From Thermoanaerobaculia bacterium (GTDB taxonomy: Bacteria > Acidobacteriota > Thermoanaerobaculia > UBA5066), in the NCBI GenBank assembly GCA_963816185.1, contig CAWFJJ010000028.1, positions 128,001-192,000 of the forward strand: 64,000 nt of DNA, read 5' to 3'. This document shows, in pieces, positions 31,101 to 46,604 of this stretch. The translations under genes were made by a program, and so were the position numbers. The notes beneath the pieces were generated by a model, which saw only the letters and a program-made list of their open reading frames with translations, was not told where the DNA came from and did not search any database. How positions within the stretch are numbered: the stretch's first letter is position 1; each line of letters opens with the position of its first letter.

Positions 31101-32249
31101 ATGAGCGTCGATCTGTCGGTCGTCTTCACAGGCATGAGGTTCGAGAATCCGTTTCTTCTCGCCTCGGCTCCGCCCACGGAGTCCGACACGAACATCATGC
31201 GGGCCTTCGAGGCCGGATGGGGCGGTGTCGTGACCAAGACGATCGGCCTGCATCCCGTCGTGAACGTCGCGGGAGCGAAGACGAAGTTCCTCAGGACCGA
31301 CGTTCAGACCCCTCGCATTTCGATGAAGAGCCGGCCGGATTCGGTCCTCCACTCCTCGTGGAACTGGGAGCTCATTTCCGACAAGCCTCTCGACTGGTGG
31401 GTGAGCCGACTGCCGAAGATCAAGAAGGCGTTTCCGAAGAAGATTCTCGTCGCCTCGATCATGGCGGGGTCCGGCAACGACAAGGAGCTCCAGAACTGGC
31501 AGCTCTTGGCGAGGTCCTGTCAGGACGAAGGCGTGGACGCCCTCGAGCTGAACTTCTCGTGCCCGCACATGGACCGCGAGGACATGGGCTCGAACATCGG
31601 GAAGTCGAGCGGCCTGACCTCGATCGTCACGAAGGCCGTGAAGGAAGTCGCAAGAGTCCCGGTCTGGACCAAGCTGACTCCCTCGACGACCGACATCGCG
31701 GTCGAAGCCGGTGCGGCGTTTCGCGGAGGCGCGGACGCGATCACGTCGTCGAACACGTTCCCGTCGATCCCTCTCGTGGATCCCGAGACGCTCGAGTTCG
31801 AGATGAACGTGGACGGCTACACGTCGAGCGGGGGTCTCGGCGGTCCCGCCATCCTGCCGCTGGCGCTCGCGAAGATGGCCCAGATGACGCACGCGTTCCC
31901 GGACAAGTCCTTCTCCGGTATCGGCGGCATCTCGGACTTCTCGCACGCGCTCAATTACTTTCTCCTCGGATGCGGCACCGTGCAGGTCTGCACGGCCGCG
32001 ATGCTGGACCACGCGATCGGACCGAACGTCATCCGGACGCTCAAGCAGGGGATGTCCGAGTTCCTCGAGAAGAACGCCGGCAGGGGATGGCGGTCGCTGG
32101 AGGACTTCCGCGGCCTGAGGCGCGACCACGTCGTTCCGCAGTCGCAGATCCGCCGCCCGAATCCCGGCGAGTACCACGGCGGGCACGAGGGCGAGGGCTA
32201 CGCGGCGCCCGAGCCGGCGCGGGCACCGGCGGGGTCGCGCGAGAAGTAG
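31101..32249 (+). CDS. preA: Dihydropyrimidine dehydrogenase FMN subunit (PreA/PYD1-like)
   Basis: NPFLLASAPPT, GWGGVVTKT, ELISDKPL, ELNFSCPH, KLTP, SGIGGI, VQVCT. Confidence 0.88.
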   Translation: MSVDLSVVFTGMRFENPFLLASAPPTESDTNIMRAFEAGWGGVVTKTIGLHPVVNVAGAKTKFLRTDVQTPRISMKSRPDSVLHSSWNWELISDKPLDWWVSRLPKIKKAFPKKILVASIMAGSGNDKELQNWQLLARSCQDEGVDALELNFSCPHMDREDMGSNIGKSSGLTSIVTKAVKEVARVPVWTKLTPSTTDIAVEAGAAFRGGADAITSSNTFPSIPLVDPETLEFEMNVDGYTSSGGLGGPAILPLALAKMAQMTHAFPDKSFSGIGGISDFSHALNYFLLGCGTVQVCTAAMLDHAIGPNVIRTLKQGMSEFLEKNAGRGWRSLEDFRGLRRDHVVPQSQIRRPNPGEYHGGHEGEGYAAPEPARAPAGSREK

Positions 32250-32260
32250 CCCGCGGTGCC

Positions 32261-37913
<5,653 letters not shown>

Positions 37914-38018
37914 GCGTGCGCGGCCGCTAGGCCTGTTTGATTCCTGAGACTGATGCGCAGGATCATAGCGGGTTTTCTTCGAAGGTAAATGCGGCCTCGG
38001 ATGAACCGCGATGGCGCC

Positions 38019-39356
38019 TCAGGCCCAGCCGGCCAGCGACTCGTCGAGGATCTTGAGAGCCTCGTCCACCTCGCCGGCGTTCACGACGAGCGGCGGCGAG
38101 ATGCGGATGACGTTGCCGTAGAGCCCGCCCTTGCCGATCAGGAGGCCGCGCTTCTTCGTCTCTTCGAACAGGCGCACGGCCTTTTCCGGCGCGGGCGTCC
38201 GGTCCTGAACGGTTTCGTCGGCCACGAGCTCGACGCCCTGCATGAGGCCCATGCCGCGCACGTCGCCGATCGTCTTCGGGTACTTCTTCTTGAGACCGTC
38301 GAGGCCGCCACGCAGGCGAGAGCCCATCTCGGCCGCGTGCTTCGGCGCGTCGATCTCCTCCATGACCTCGAGCGTCGCGTTCGCGGCGGCCGAGGAGATC
38401 GGGTTCCCGCCGAACGTCGAGATCGAGAGAGCCTTGAGCGAGTCCGCGACCTCCGGCGTCGCGATCGTGACCCCGAGCGGCATCCCGTTCGCGACGCCCT
38501 TGGCCATCGTCATGATCTCGGGCTCGACGTTCCAGTGCGAGATGCCGTACCAGGCACCGCCGGTGCGCCCGAAGCCCGTCTGCACCTCGTCGCAGATGAA
38601 GACGCCGCCGTATTTCCGGACGATCCCGACCGCGATCTCGAAGTACTCCTTCGGCGGCGTGATGAATCCGCCGACCCCCTGGATGGGCTCGGCGATGAAG
38701 CCCGCGATCCGGCCGGTCGTCGTCGTCTTGATCAGCTCTTCGAGGTCCTGGGCGCAGGCGATGCCGCAAGACGGGTACGTGAGCTTCAGCGGGCAGCGGT
38801 AGCAGTACGGCGAGGGCGCGTGCTTGATCGCGGCGATCTGCGTCGGCAGCGCGCGCCACGGTGCATGCGCGGTGAGCGATTGAGCGAGCATCGAGCGGCC
38901 CGAGTAGCCGTGGCGCAGCGCGACGATCTCCGTGCGGCCCGTGTAGACCTGCGCCATCATGACGGCGGTCTCGTCGGCCTCGGTGCCCGAAGACGTGAAG
39001 AACGATTTCCGGAGCCGCCCGGGCGTCAGCCGCGCGAGCTTTTCGGCGAGCTCGACGATGGGCAGAGTCGGATAGAGCGTCGAGACGTGGCCGAGCCGGT
39101 CCACCTGCGCCTTGATGGCGGCGTTCACCTTGTCGTTTGCGTGCCCGACGGAGATCGTCAGGATGCCGCCGAAAAAGTCGAGGTACGTCTTCCCGTCGGC
39201 GTCCCGCACGCGCATCCCCTTGCCGGATTCGAGGACGACGGACTCTTTGTAGTAGTTGGCCACCGACGGAAAGAGGTACTCCTTGTGCTTCGCCCGCACG
39301 TCGGCGGAAGAAAGAGCGGGAGAAGACGAAGGTCTTGCCTCGGAAGTGGGGTTCAT
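38019..39356 (-). CDS. Class III aminotransferase (beta-alanine aminotransferase, AGXT2/PYD4-like)
   Basis: YLDFFGGI, SGTEADE, AEPIQGVGG, DEVQTGFGRTG, TMAKG, DVRGMGLM; context in pyrimidine cluster. Confidence 0.88.
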   Translation of the reverse strand: MNPTSEARPSSSPALSSADVRAKHKEYLFPSVANYYKESVVLESGKGMRVRDADGKTYLDFFGGILTISVGHANDKVNAAIKAQVDRLGHVSTLYPTLPIVELAEKLARLTPGRLRKSFFTSSGTEADETAVMMAQVYTGRTEIVALRHGYSGRSMLAQSLTAHAPWRALPTQIAAIKHAPSPYCYRCPLKLTYPSCGIACAQDLEELIKTTTTGRIAGFIAEPIQGVGGFITPPKEYFEIAVGIVRKYGGVFICDEVQTGFGRTGGAWYGISHWNVEPEIMTMAKGVANGMPLGVTIATPEVADSLKALSISTFGGNPISSAAANATLEVMEEIDAPKHAAEMGSRLRGGLDGLKKKYPKTIGDVRGMGLMQGVELVADETVQDRTPAPEKAVRLFEETKKRGLLIGKGGLYGNVIRISPPLVVNAGEVDEALKILDESLAGWA

Positions 39357-39405
39357 GACAGGGCTCCCTTCGAATGCTGGCTCAGAAGCAGGTCATAAGG
39401 GCGCA

Positions 39406-39576
39406 TTTCTTAGAAGGTGAATGGGGAAGAGCGGCTCGGGGACTCACCTCGCGACGGGCGGGCTCAAGTGCACATCGCAGCGGAGCTTTTCTTAGAAGGT
39501 GAATGTGGGCATGCCGCTCGAGGAATCGCGCCGCGGGGCACCCGACGACGTAGCCCCGCTCACCCCTTCTAAGAAA
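39406..39576. repeat. Intergenic palindromic element plus an extra left-arm copy
   Basis: TTTCTTAGAAGGTGAATG at 39406 and 39488; inverted CCTTCTAAGAAA at 39565-39576. Confidence 0.7.
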
Positions 39577-39613
39577 CTTTGCAGGCCATCGTATGTCCAC
39601 TCAGACACCGCAA

Positions 39614-40999
39614 CTACGATCGGGTCTTTCTTAGCAGAAAATTCCCTCTTCCCGCTTTCCCCTTGAACGTCCCATTCTCGACGATCACTTCGCCGCGCGA
39701 AATCACCGTGTCCGCTGCGCCCTGGACGACGCGACCTTCGTAGGGCGTGTAGTCGACGCGCTGGTGGAGCGTCTTGGCGTTCAGCGTGAGCTTCCGGTTC
39801 GGGTCGAAGACGACGAGGTCGGCATCGGAGCCGGGGGCGATCGTCCCTTTCTTCGGGAAGAGCCCGAAGATCTTCGCAGGCGACGTGGAGGTCAGCTCGA
39901 CGAAACGGTTCACGGAGATGCGGTTCCTGACGACGCCGCCGTCGTACAGGAGGGACATACGCGTCTCGATTCCGGGAGCGCCGTTCGGGATCTTCGAGAA
40001 GTCGCCCTGGCCGAGATCCTTCTGGCCCTTCATGCAGAACGGGCAGTGGTCGGTCGACACGGCCTGCAGGTCGTTCATGCGGAGGCCGCGCCACAGCGCC
40101 TCTTCATTGCCTTTCGCCCGGAGCGGAGGCGACATCACGTACTTGGCGCCCTCGAACCCTGGCTCCTCGTAGTTGTCGTACGAGAGGAAGAGATACTGCG
40201 GGCAGGTCTCCGCGTGCATGGGCAGGCCGCGGTCGCGCGCCTCCGCGATCTTCTCGAGCGCCTCGGCGGCCGAGAGGTGAACGACGTAGAGCGGGGCGCC
40301 CGCCATCTCGGCGAGGCAGATCGCGCGGTACGTCGCCTCGGCCTCCGCGCGAGGCGGCCGCGTGAGCGCGTGCCACTTCGGGGCCGTGTGGCCCTCGGCG
40401 AGCGCGCGCCTCACGAGGACGTCGATGACGTCGCCGTTCTCGGCGTGCATGCAGATCGTGCCGCCGTTCTCGCCGGTCCTGAGGAAGGCGCGGAAGATGG
40501 AGCCGTCGTCGAGCATGAGGACGCCGCGGTAGGCCATGAAGAGCTTGAACGACGTCACGCCTTCCTTGACGAGGGCGTCCATCTCCTTCTCGACGGCTTC
40601 GGGAAGGTCCGTGATGATCATGTGGAAGCCGTAGTCGATTGCGGCCTTGCCTTCCGCCTTCTTCATCCAGGCGTCGCGAGCGTCGCGAAGCGCCTGACCC
40701 TTGTACTGGATCGCGAAGTCCACGATGGAGGTCGTGCCGCCGTGGGCCGCGGCGATCGTGCCGCTCTCGAAGTCGTCGGCGGAGGTCGTGCCTCCGAACG
40801 GCATGTCGAGATGCGTGTGCGCATCGATGCCGCCCGGGATGACGAGCTTGTTGGTGGCGTCGAGGATGCGTGCGTCGAGAGCGGGCGCGGTGCCGGCGGC
40901 GAAGATCGCGGAGATCGTCGAGTCTTCGACGAGAATGTCGCCGAGATAGTCGTCGACAGCGGTGACGACGCGTCCGCCCTTGATGAGAAGACGATTCAT
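39614..40999 (-). CDS. hydA: Dihydropyrimidinase (D-hydantoinase)
   Basis: PGGIDAHTH, SFKLFMAY, MHAENG, ETCPQY, VMSPPLR, STDHCPF, KIPNGAPG. Confidence 0.95.
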   Translation of the reverse strand: MNRLLIKGGRVVTAVDDYLGDILVEDSTISAIFAAGTAPALDARILDATNKLVIPGGIDAHTHLDMPFGGTTSADDFESGTIAAAHGGTTSIVDFAIQYKGQALRDARDAWMKKAEGKAAIDYGFHMIITDLPEAVEKEMDALVKEGVTSFKLFMAYRGVLMLDDGSIFRAFLRTGENGGTICMHAENGDVIDVLVRRALAEGHTAPKWHALTRPPRAEAEATYRAICLAEMAGAPLYVVHLSAAEALEKIAEARDRGLPMHAETCPQYLFLSYDNYEEPGFEGAKYVMSPPLRAKGNEEALWRGLRMNDLQAVSTDHCPFCMKGQKDLGQGDFSKIPNGAPGIETRMSLLYDGGVVRNRISVNRFVELTSTSPAKIFGLFPKKGTIAPGSDADLVVFDPNRKLTLNAKTLHQRVDYTPYEGRVVQGAADTVISRGEVIVENGTFKGKAGRGNFLLRKTRS

Positions 41000-41021
41000 G
41001 CTTTGCCTCGCGGGGCCGGAG

Positions 41022-41165
41022 CCCCTCCTCCTGCTCGCGCAAACTCGCTTCGCTCAGACAGAGCGCTCGGGCGTTGGGGAACGCCGGCTCCTCGCAGGGG
41101 CGGCACCCCTCCTCCTACTCGCGCAAACTCGCTTCGCTCAGACATGCGCTCGGGCGTCGGAGGGG
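41022..41165. repeat. Tandem pair of REP-like hairpin repeats (84-bp period)
   Basis: CCCCTCCTCCT(G/A)CTCGCGCAAACTCGCTTCGCTCAGACA at 41022 and 41106; second unit closes CCCCTCC...GGAGGGG. Confidence 0.75.
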
Positions 41166-41247
41166 CGTCGCCCCCGCTCGTCGCGAAAGGGCGGTGCCCC
41201 TCTTCCTTTCTAAGCAAATCTTTCCTCGTGCTCTTCGAACGTCTCAT

Positions 41248-42114
41248 TTAAAGCGCGACGAGCCGATCGTAAGTTTCCGGCCGCCGGTCGCGGAAGAACT
41301 GCCAGGTGCGGCGGACCTCCTCGATCATGTCGAGGTCGCACGTCGCGACGACCAGCTCGTCCTTGTCTTCGCCGGCGATTGCGAGGAAGTTGCCTCGCGG
41401 GTCGACGATGTACGACGAGCCGTAGAAACGGCCGATGTTCCACGGCGCTTCGGTGCCGACGCGATTCGACGCGGCGACGAAGTAGCCGTTCGCGACTGCG
41501 TGCGCGGGCTGCTCGAGCTTCCAGAGGTACTGCGAGAGGCCGGCGACGGTCGCCGACGGGTTGAAGACGATCTCGGCGCCGTTCAGGCCCAGCGCGCGCG
41601 CGCCCTCGGGGAAATGGCGGTCGTAGCAGATGTAAACGCCCACCTTCGCGAATCGCGTCTGGAAGACCGGGTAGCCCAAGTTCCCCGGCTTGAAGAAGTA
41701 CTTCTCCCAGAAGCCGGACGTGTGCGGGATGTGGTTCTTTCGGTACTTCCCGAGGTACGCCCCGTCCGAGTCGTAGACCGCTGCGGTGTTGTAGTAAACG
41801 CCCGCGTCCTCGCGCTCGTACACGGGCACGACGATCGCCATCCGGTACTTCTTCGCGACCTTCGCGATCGCCTCGGTCGTGGGCCCGGGCACGCTCTCGG
41901 CGGCGTCGTACCAGTACGGGTCCTGCGACGGGCAGAAATACGGCCCGTTGAAGATCTCCTGCAGCCCGAGAATCTGCACGCCCTTTTTCCCGGCCTCGTG
42001 GACGAAGGGAAGGTGCAGGTCCATCGCGGCCTTCTGCACCTTCGCGAGCGGAGCCTTCGGATCGGAAACCGGGTTATGCGTCTGGATCAGGCCAACGGTC
42101 ACGTTCCGCGGCAT
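41248..42114 (-). CDS. Beta-ureidopropionase (nitrilase family)
   Basis: LQEIF, YNTA, YRKNHIP, FWEKYFF, ICYDRHFPE, FNPSAT; adjacent to hydA. Confidence 0.9.
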   Translation of the reverse strand: MPRNVTVGLIQTHNPVSDPKAPLAKVQKAAMDLHLPFVHEAGKKGVQILGLQEIFNGPYFCPSQDPYWYDAAESVPGPTTEAIAKVAKKYRMAIVVPVYEREDAGVYYNTAAVYDSDGAYLGKYRKNHIPHTSGFWEKYFFKPGNLGYPVFQTRFAKVGVYICYDRHFPEGARALGLNGAEIVFNPSATVAGLSQYLWKLEQPAHAVANGYFVAASNRVGTEAPWNIGRFYGSSYIVDPRGNFLAIAGEDKDELVVATCDLDMIEEVRRTWQFFRDRRPETYDRLVAL

Positions 42115-42199
42115 TCATCTCCTCCAAAGCCCGGAGCGCACTCGGGAGCTTCGGCGCATCTCGTGCTCTTCACACTCGAAGAAATTCTCTTTTTGTATT

Positions 42200-43720
42200 T
42201 CAGAACCACCGCTCGATGACGACCTTCTGGTCCGTGTAGAAGACGACGCTGTCGCGACCGGTCGCCTTCACGTCGCCGAAGAAGCTCTCCTTCGAGCCCC
42301 CGAAGGGGAAGAACGCCATCGGCGCCGCGACGCCCACGTTCACGCCGACCATCGCCGGAGGCGCCTGCATGGCGAAGTCGCGAGCGGCCTTGCCGCTCGT
42401 GGTGAAGATCGACGTCGTGTTCGCCTGCGGGTGTGCGTGGAGGAGCTCGAGCGCGCCGGCCGTGTCCGGCACGTTCACGAGCGACAGCACGGGTCCGAAG
42501 ATCTCGTCGCGCGCGACGGACGACTTCGGATTCACCTTGTCGAACACCGTGGGCCCGAGGAAGAAGCCCTTTTCGCGGCCCTTCACCGTGTGGCGGCGCC
42601 CGTCGAGGAGAAGCTCTGCCCCATCGGCGATGCCCTTCTCGATGTAAGACACGATGCGCTGCCGCGCGCTCTCGCGGATGACCGGGCCCATGGAAACGCC
42701 GGACTCGGCGCCGTCGCCCACGCGGATGGACTTCGCCGCGGCCACGAGCCGCTCTTTGATCTCGCCGTGCGATTTTCCGATCGTCACGACGACCGAGCCC
42801 GCGAGGCAGCGCTCGCCCGCGCAGCCGTAGCAGGATTCCGACACGACGCCGATGGACTTGTCGAGGTTCGCGTCGGGCATCACGACGATGAAGTTCTTCG
42901 CGCCCCCGAGCGCCTGCACGCGCTTTCCCGCGTGCGTTCCCGTGCGGTAGACGTGCCTGGCCACAGGCGTCGAGCCCACGAAGGAGACGCCCTTGACATC
43001 CGGGTGCTCGCAGAGGCCGTTCACGACGTCGACGCCGCCGTTCACGATGTTCACGACTCCGGGAGGAACGCAGCCTTCGAGGAGCTCGTGGATGCGCTTT
43101 TGAGAGAGCGGCACGAGCTCCGACGGCTTCAGGACGAACGTGTTCCCCGTCGCAACCGCGAACGGCAGGAACCAAAGCGGAACCATGGCGGGGAAGTTGA
43201 ACGGCGCGATGGCCCCGAACACGCCGAGAGGCTGGCGGTGGACGTCGCAGTCGATGCCGCGCGCGATGTCCTCGAGGCCCGAGCCCATCATGAGCGAGGG
43301 CATGCCGCACGCGACCTCCACGCACTCGATGCCGCGCCGCACCGAGCCGCGCGCCTCGTCCAGAGTCTTGCCGTGCTCGGTCGTCACGATCCGGGCCAGC
43401 TCCTCGAAATGTTCCTCGAGGCGGTTCTTGAAGGCGAACATGGTCCGAGCGCGCTCGACGACTGGTGTCGCGCGCCAGGCCGGGAACGCGGCCTTCGCGG
43501 CCGCGACTGCCGCGTCCACGTCCCCCCGGGTCGAGAGCGGCGTCTTTGCGATCACCGCGCCGGTGGCCGGATTGAAGACGTCGACGGTGCCCGAGGCGCG
43601 CGCGTCGACCCACATTCCGCCGATGAAGTTCGAGAGAACGGGAACGTGGGCCGCGTGAGATCCCGACGAAGTGCTTCGCGTGGCGCCGGGCGTCGTTGCG
43701 GTGGGGGCGGAAGTAGCCAT
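42200..43720 (-). CDS. mmsA: CoA-acylating (methyl)malonate-semialdehyde dehydrogenase
   Basis: APFNFPAMVP, LKPSE, FVGST, GGAKN, AGERCLA, EIFGPV, FFPFGGSK. Confidence 0.93.
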   Translation of the reverse strand: MATSAPTATTPGATRSTSSGSHAAHVPVLSNFIGGMWVDARASGTVDVFNPATGAVIAKTPLSTRGDVDAAVAAAKAAFPAWRATPVVERARTMFAFKNRLEEHFEELARIVTTEHGKTLDEARGSVRRGIECVEVACGMPSLMMGSGLEDIARGIDCDVHRQPLGVFGAIAPFNFPAMVPLWFLPFAVATGNTFVLKPSELVPLSQKRIHELLEGCVPPGVVNIVNGGVDVVNGLCEHPDVKGVSFVGSTPVARHVYRTGTHAGKRVQALGGAKNFIVVMPDANLDKSIGVVSESCYGCAGERCLAGSVVVTIGKSHGEIKERLVAAAKSIRVGDGAESGVSMGPVIRESARQRIVSYIEKGIADGAELLLDGRRHTVKGREKGFFLGPTVFDKVNPKSSVARDEIFGPVLSLVNVPDTAGALELLHAHPQANTTSIFTTSGKAARDFAMQAPPAMVGVNVGVAAPMAFFPFGGSKESFFGDVKATGRDSVVFYTDQKVVIERWF

Positions 43721-43780
43721 TGCGTCACCTCCAGGGGAAGGTGATTCTAAGCCCGGGCCGTGGGGGAGCCGGCGCTGCCG

Positions 43781-44995
43781 TCAGCGCGCGAGCAGCGTTC
43801 CGACCCGGTCGAGAACTCGCTCGGCAACTTCGGCCTTCGAGAGGAGCGGAAGCTCTTCGGCTCCGGCCGCGTCGATCAGCGTGACCCGGTTGCTGTCGGA
43901 GCCGAACCCCGAGTCCTTCCGCATGACGTCGTTCGCCACGACGAGCGACAGGCGTTTCTCCTTCAGCTTCTTTCGCGCGTTCGGCACGAGGTCGCTCGTC
44001 TCGGCGGCGAATCCCACGACGCAGGTCGGGCGTCCGCTCCTGGCGCGCGCTTCGGCGACGGCCGAGAGGATGTCGGCCGTGCGCTCGAGCTCGAGCGCCG
44101 GCGGGCCGGCATCCTTCTTGAGCTTCTGAGCCGCGGGCCGCGCGGGTCGAAAGTCCGCGACCGCCGCGGCCATGAGGAGGACGTCCGCCCGGGCGCCCGC
44201 CTCGAGAACGGCGTGAGCCATCTCGTCCGCGGTTCCGACATCGATCCTCTCCGCGCCCACCGGCGTCGCCAGATGACATGGCGCGGCGACGAGCGTCACC
44301 TCCGCACCCCGGTCGAGAGCGGCCTCGGCCAGCGCGAAGCCCTGCTTGCCGGACGAGCGGTTCGCGAGGACGCGCACCGGATCGACCGGCTCTTCCGTGC
44401 CTCCCGCCGTCACGATGACGTGCCGTCCAGCGAGCGGACCATTCCGGCCGGCCGCGCGCCGGACGTGGCCGAGGATCTCGTCCGGCTCGAGCATTCGGCC
44501 GCGTCCCGCGAGGCCCGAAGCCATCCGCCCCTCGGCGGGCCCGATTACGGTGACGCCGCGCGCGCGAAGTGTCGCGAGATTCGCCTGGACCGCGGGATGC
44601 TCGAACATGCCGGCGTCCATCGCGGGAGCGACGAGGAGCGGGCACCGCGCCGCAAGGGCCGTCACGGTGAGGAGGTCGTCGGCGAGCCCGAGCGCGAGCT
44701 TCGCGAGAATGTCGGCTGTGGCCGGCGCGACGAGGAGGAGGTCCGCCCCTTCGCCGAGGCCGACGTGCAGGATGTGCGCGTCCGCGCCCCAGAGGTCCGT
44801 GTACGCGTGGCGGCCCGTGAGGGATTGAAACGTCAAGGGTGTGACGAATCGGGCTGCGGCCGCCGTCAGAATCGCATCCACATGCGCGCCCGCCTGCGTG
44901 AGCTGGCTCGCGAGATCGGCCCCCTTGTACGCGGCGATCGAACCGGCGACGCCGAGTAGGATTCTCTTGCCGCGGAGGATCGGGATCACGTTCAT
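43781..44995 (-). CDS. coaBC: Bifunctional phosphopantothenoylcysteine decarboxylase/synthetase
   Basis: GSIAAYK, APATA, PAMD, TAGGTEEPVDPVR, NRSSGKQG, AAVAD, GFAAET, VAND. Confidence 0.95.
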   Translation of the reverse strand: MNVIPILRGKRILLGVAGSIAAYKGADLASQLTQAGAHVDAILTAAAARFVTPLTFQSLTGRHAYTDLWGADAHILHVGLGEGADLLLVAPATADILAKLALGLADDLLTVTALAARCPLLVAPAMDAGMFEHPAVQANLATLRARGVTVIGPAEGRMASGLAGRGRMLEPDEILGHVRRAAGRNGPLAGRHVIVTAGGTEEPVDPVRVLANRSSGKQGFALAEAALDRGAEVTLVAAPCHLATPVGAERIDVGTADEMAHAVLEAGARADVLLMAAAVADFRPARPAAQKLKKDAGPPALELERTADILSAVAEARARSGRPTCVVGFAAETSDLVPNARKKLKEKRLSLVVANDVMRKDSGFGSDSNRVTLIDAAGAEELPLLSKAEVAERVLDRVGTLLAR

Positions 44996-45765
44996 CAGTC
45001 GCCCGCGTTCATCTCGTAGACGAGGCGCAGGCCGTCCAGTGTGAGCCACGGGGCCACGACGTCGATCACCGGAGTCTCCTTCGCGACCGTCTCGGCGAGG
45101 CCGCCCGTGGCGACCACCTTCATCCCCGGTCCGAGCTCTTTCCGGAAGCGCGCCACCATTCCCTCGACGAGACTTACGTATCCGAAAAGCAGCCCCGACT
45201 GGATGGAATGCACGGTGTTCTTCCCGATCGCGGACGGCGGGCGCACGAGGTCCACGCGCGGGAGCTTCGCCGCGCGCTGGAACAGGGCGTCCGCCGCGAT
45301 GCCGATTCCGGGCGCGATGGCGCCGCCGAGGTAATCGCCCTCGGCTGAGATCGCGTCGAATGTCGTGGCGGTGCCGAAGTCGACGCAGCACGCGGGCCCG
45401 CCGTAGAGATGGCGGATCGCAGCGGCGTCCACGACGCGGTCCGCGCCGACCTGCTTCGGATCGTCGTACCGGATGCGCACGCCCGTCTTCACGCCGGCAT
45501 CCACGACGAGCGGCGTCCGGCCAAGATACCGTACGGCCGCTTCTTCGAGGACGCCCGTGAGCGGCGGGACGACCGACGCCATGACGACCGCATCCACGGC
45601 CTCGACCTCGAAGCCCGCGTGCTCGAGCAGGTCGTCGAGCAGCATCCCGTATTCGTCCGCCGTGCGGTTGTGCACAGTGGCCAGGCGCCATCTCGGGCCC
45701 GGCGCGGACCCGTCGTAGAGGCCGAGCGTGATGTTGCTGTTTCCGACGTCGATGGCGAGGAGCAT
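44995..45765 (-). CDS. coaX: Type III pantothenate kinase
   Basis: IDVGNS, SVVP, VGADR, VDFGTATT, GGAIAPG, ATGG. Confidence 0.95.
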   Translation of the reverse strand: MLLAIDVGNSNITLGLYDGSAPGPRWRLATVHNRTADEYGMLLDDLLEHAGFEVEAVDAVVMASVVPPLTGVLEEAAVRYLGRTPLVVDAGVKTGVRIRYDDPKQVGADRVVDAAAIRHLYGGPACCVDFGTATTFDAISAEGDYLGGAIAPGIGIAADALFQRAAKLPRVDLVRPPSAIGKNTVHSIQSGLLFGYVSLVEGMVARFRKELGPGMKVVATGGLAETVAKETPVIDVVAPWLTLDGLRLVYEMNAGD

Positions 45766-46604
45766 CAGGTTTCTCCGAGGACGACGTTGTCGAGGAGCCG
45801 CGTCTTTCCGATGCGCGCGGCGAGGGACACGAGTGCGGCGCCCTCGACGCGGTCGACCTCTTTGAGCGTCGAGGCATCGGCGACGGAGACATAGTCGGGG
45901 TGGACGAGCGGCTCGCCCGCGAGCATCTCCGTCAGGATGGCGCGCAGCCGGCGCGCATCGCGCTCCCCGGAGTCGTAGGCCGCGCGAGCGGCCTCGAGGG
46001 CGCGGTGAAGCACGGGCGCCGCCCGGCGCTCGTCGGGGCCGAGATAGACGTTCCGGCTGCTCAGGGCGAGCCCGTCCTTTTCCCGGACGATGGGGCACAC
46101 GACGACGTCGACGGGAATCGACAGGTCCTCGACCATCCGCCGGATCACGGCGACTTGCTGCGCGTCCTTCTGCCCGAAATACGCCCTCTCCGGCCGGAAG
46201 ACGTTGAGGAGTTTCGCGACCACGGTCGCGACACCTCGAAAGTGGCCGGGGCGAAGGGCGCCTTCGAGCGGCGCGCTCACGTCTTCCACCGTGATCCACG
46301 TCTGGAATCCCGGCGGGTAGACCTCGCCCGCCGATGGAGTCCAGACGGCGTCCAGGCCGAGCGAGGCGAGGAGGCCGAGGTCGTTGTCGAGAGACCGCGG
46401 ATACGCCACGAAGTCCTCCGCCGGACCGAACTGGCTCGGGTTGACGAAGATGCTCGCCGCGGCGTGCTCGTTCTCCTTTCGCGCGCGCGCCACCAGCGAC
46501 AGATGCCCCGCGTGGAGCGCGCCCATCGTCGGCACGAGGCCGAGCGACCCTTCGCGGGAGGCGCGGAACGCGCGCACGTCGGCAGCCGTCGTGAGGACTT
46601 TCAT
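45765..46604 (-). CDS. panC: Pantoate--beta-alanine ligase
   Basis: VPTMGALHAGH, SIFVNPSQF, RPGHFRGV, FGQKDAQQ, GLALSSRN. Confidence 0.96.
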   Translation of the reverse strand: MKVLTTAADVRAFRASREGSLGLVPTMGALHAGHLSLVARARKENEHAAASIFVNPSQFGPAEDFVAYPRSLDNDLGLLASLGLDAVWTPSAGEVYPPGFQTWITVEDVSAPLEGALRPGHFRGVATVVAKLLNVFRPERAYFGQKDAQQVAVIRRMVEDLSIPVDVVVCPIVREKDGLALSSRNVYLGPDERRAAPVLHRALEAARAAYDSGERDARRLRAILTEMLAGEPLVHPDYVSVADASTLKEVDRVEGAALVSLAARIGKTRLLDNVVLGET

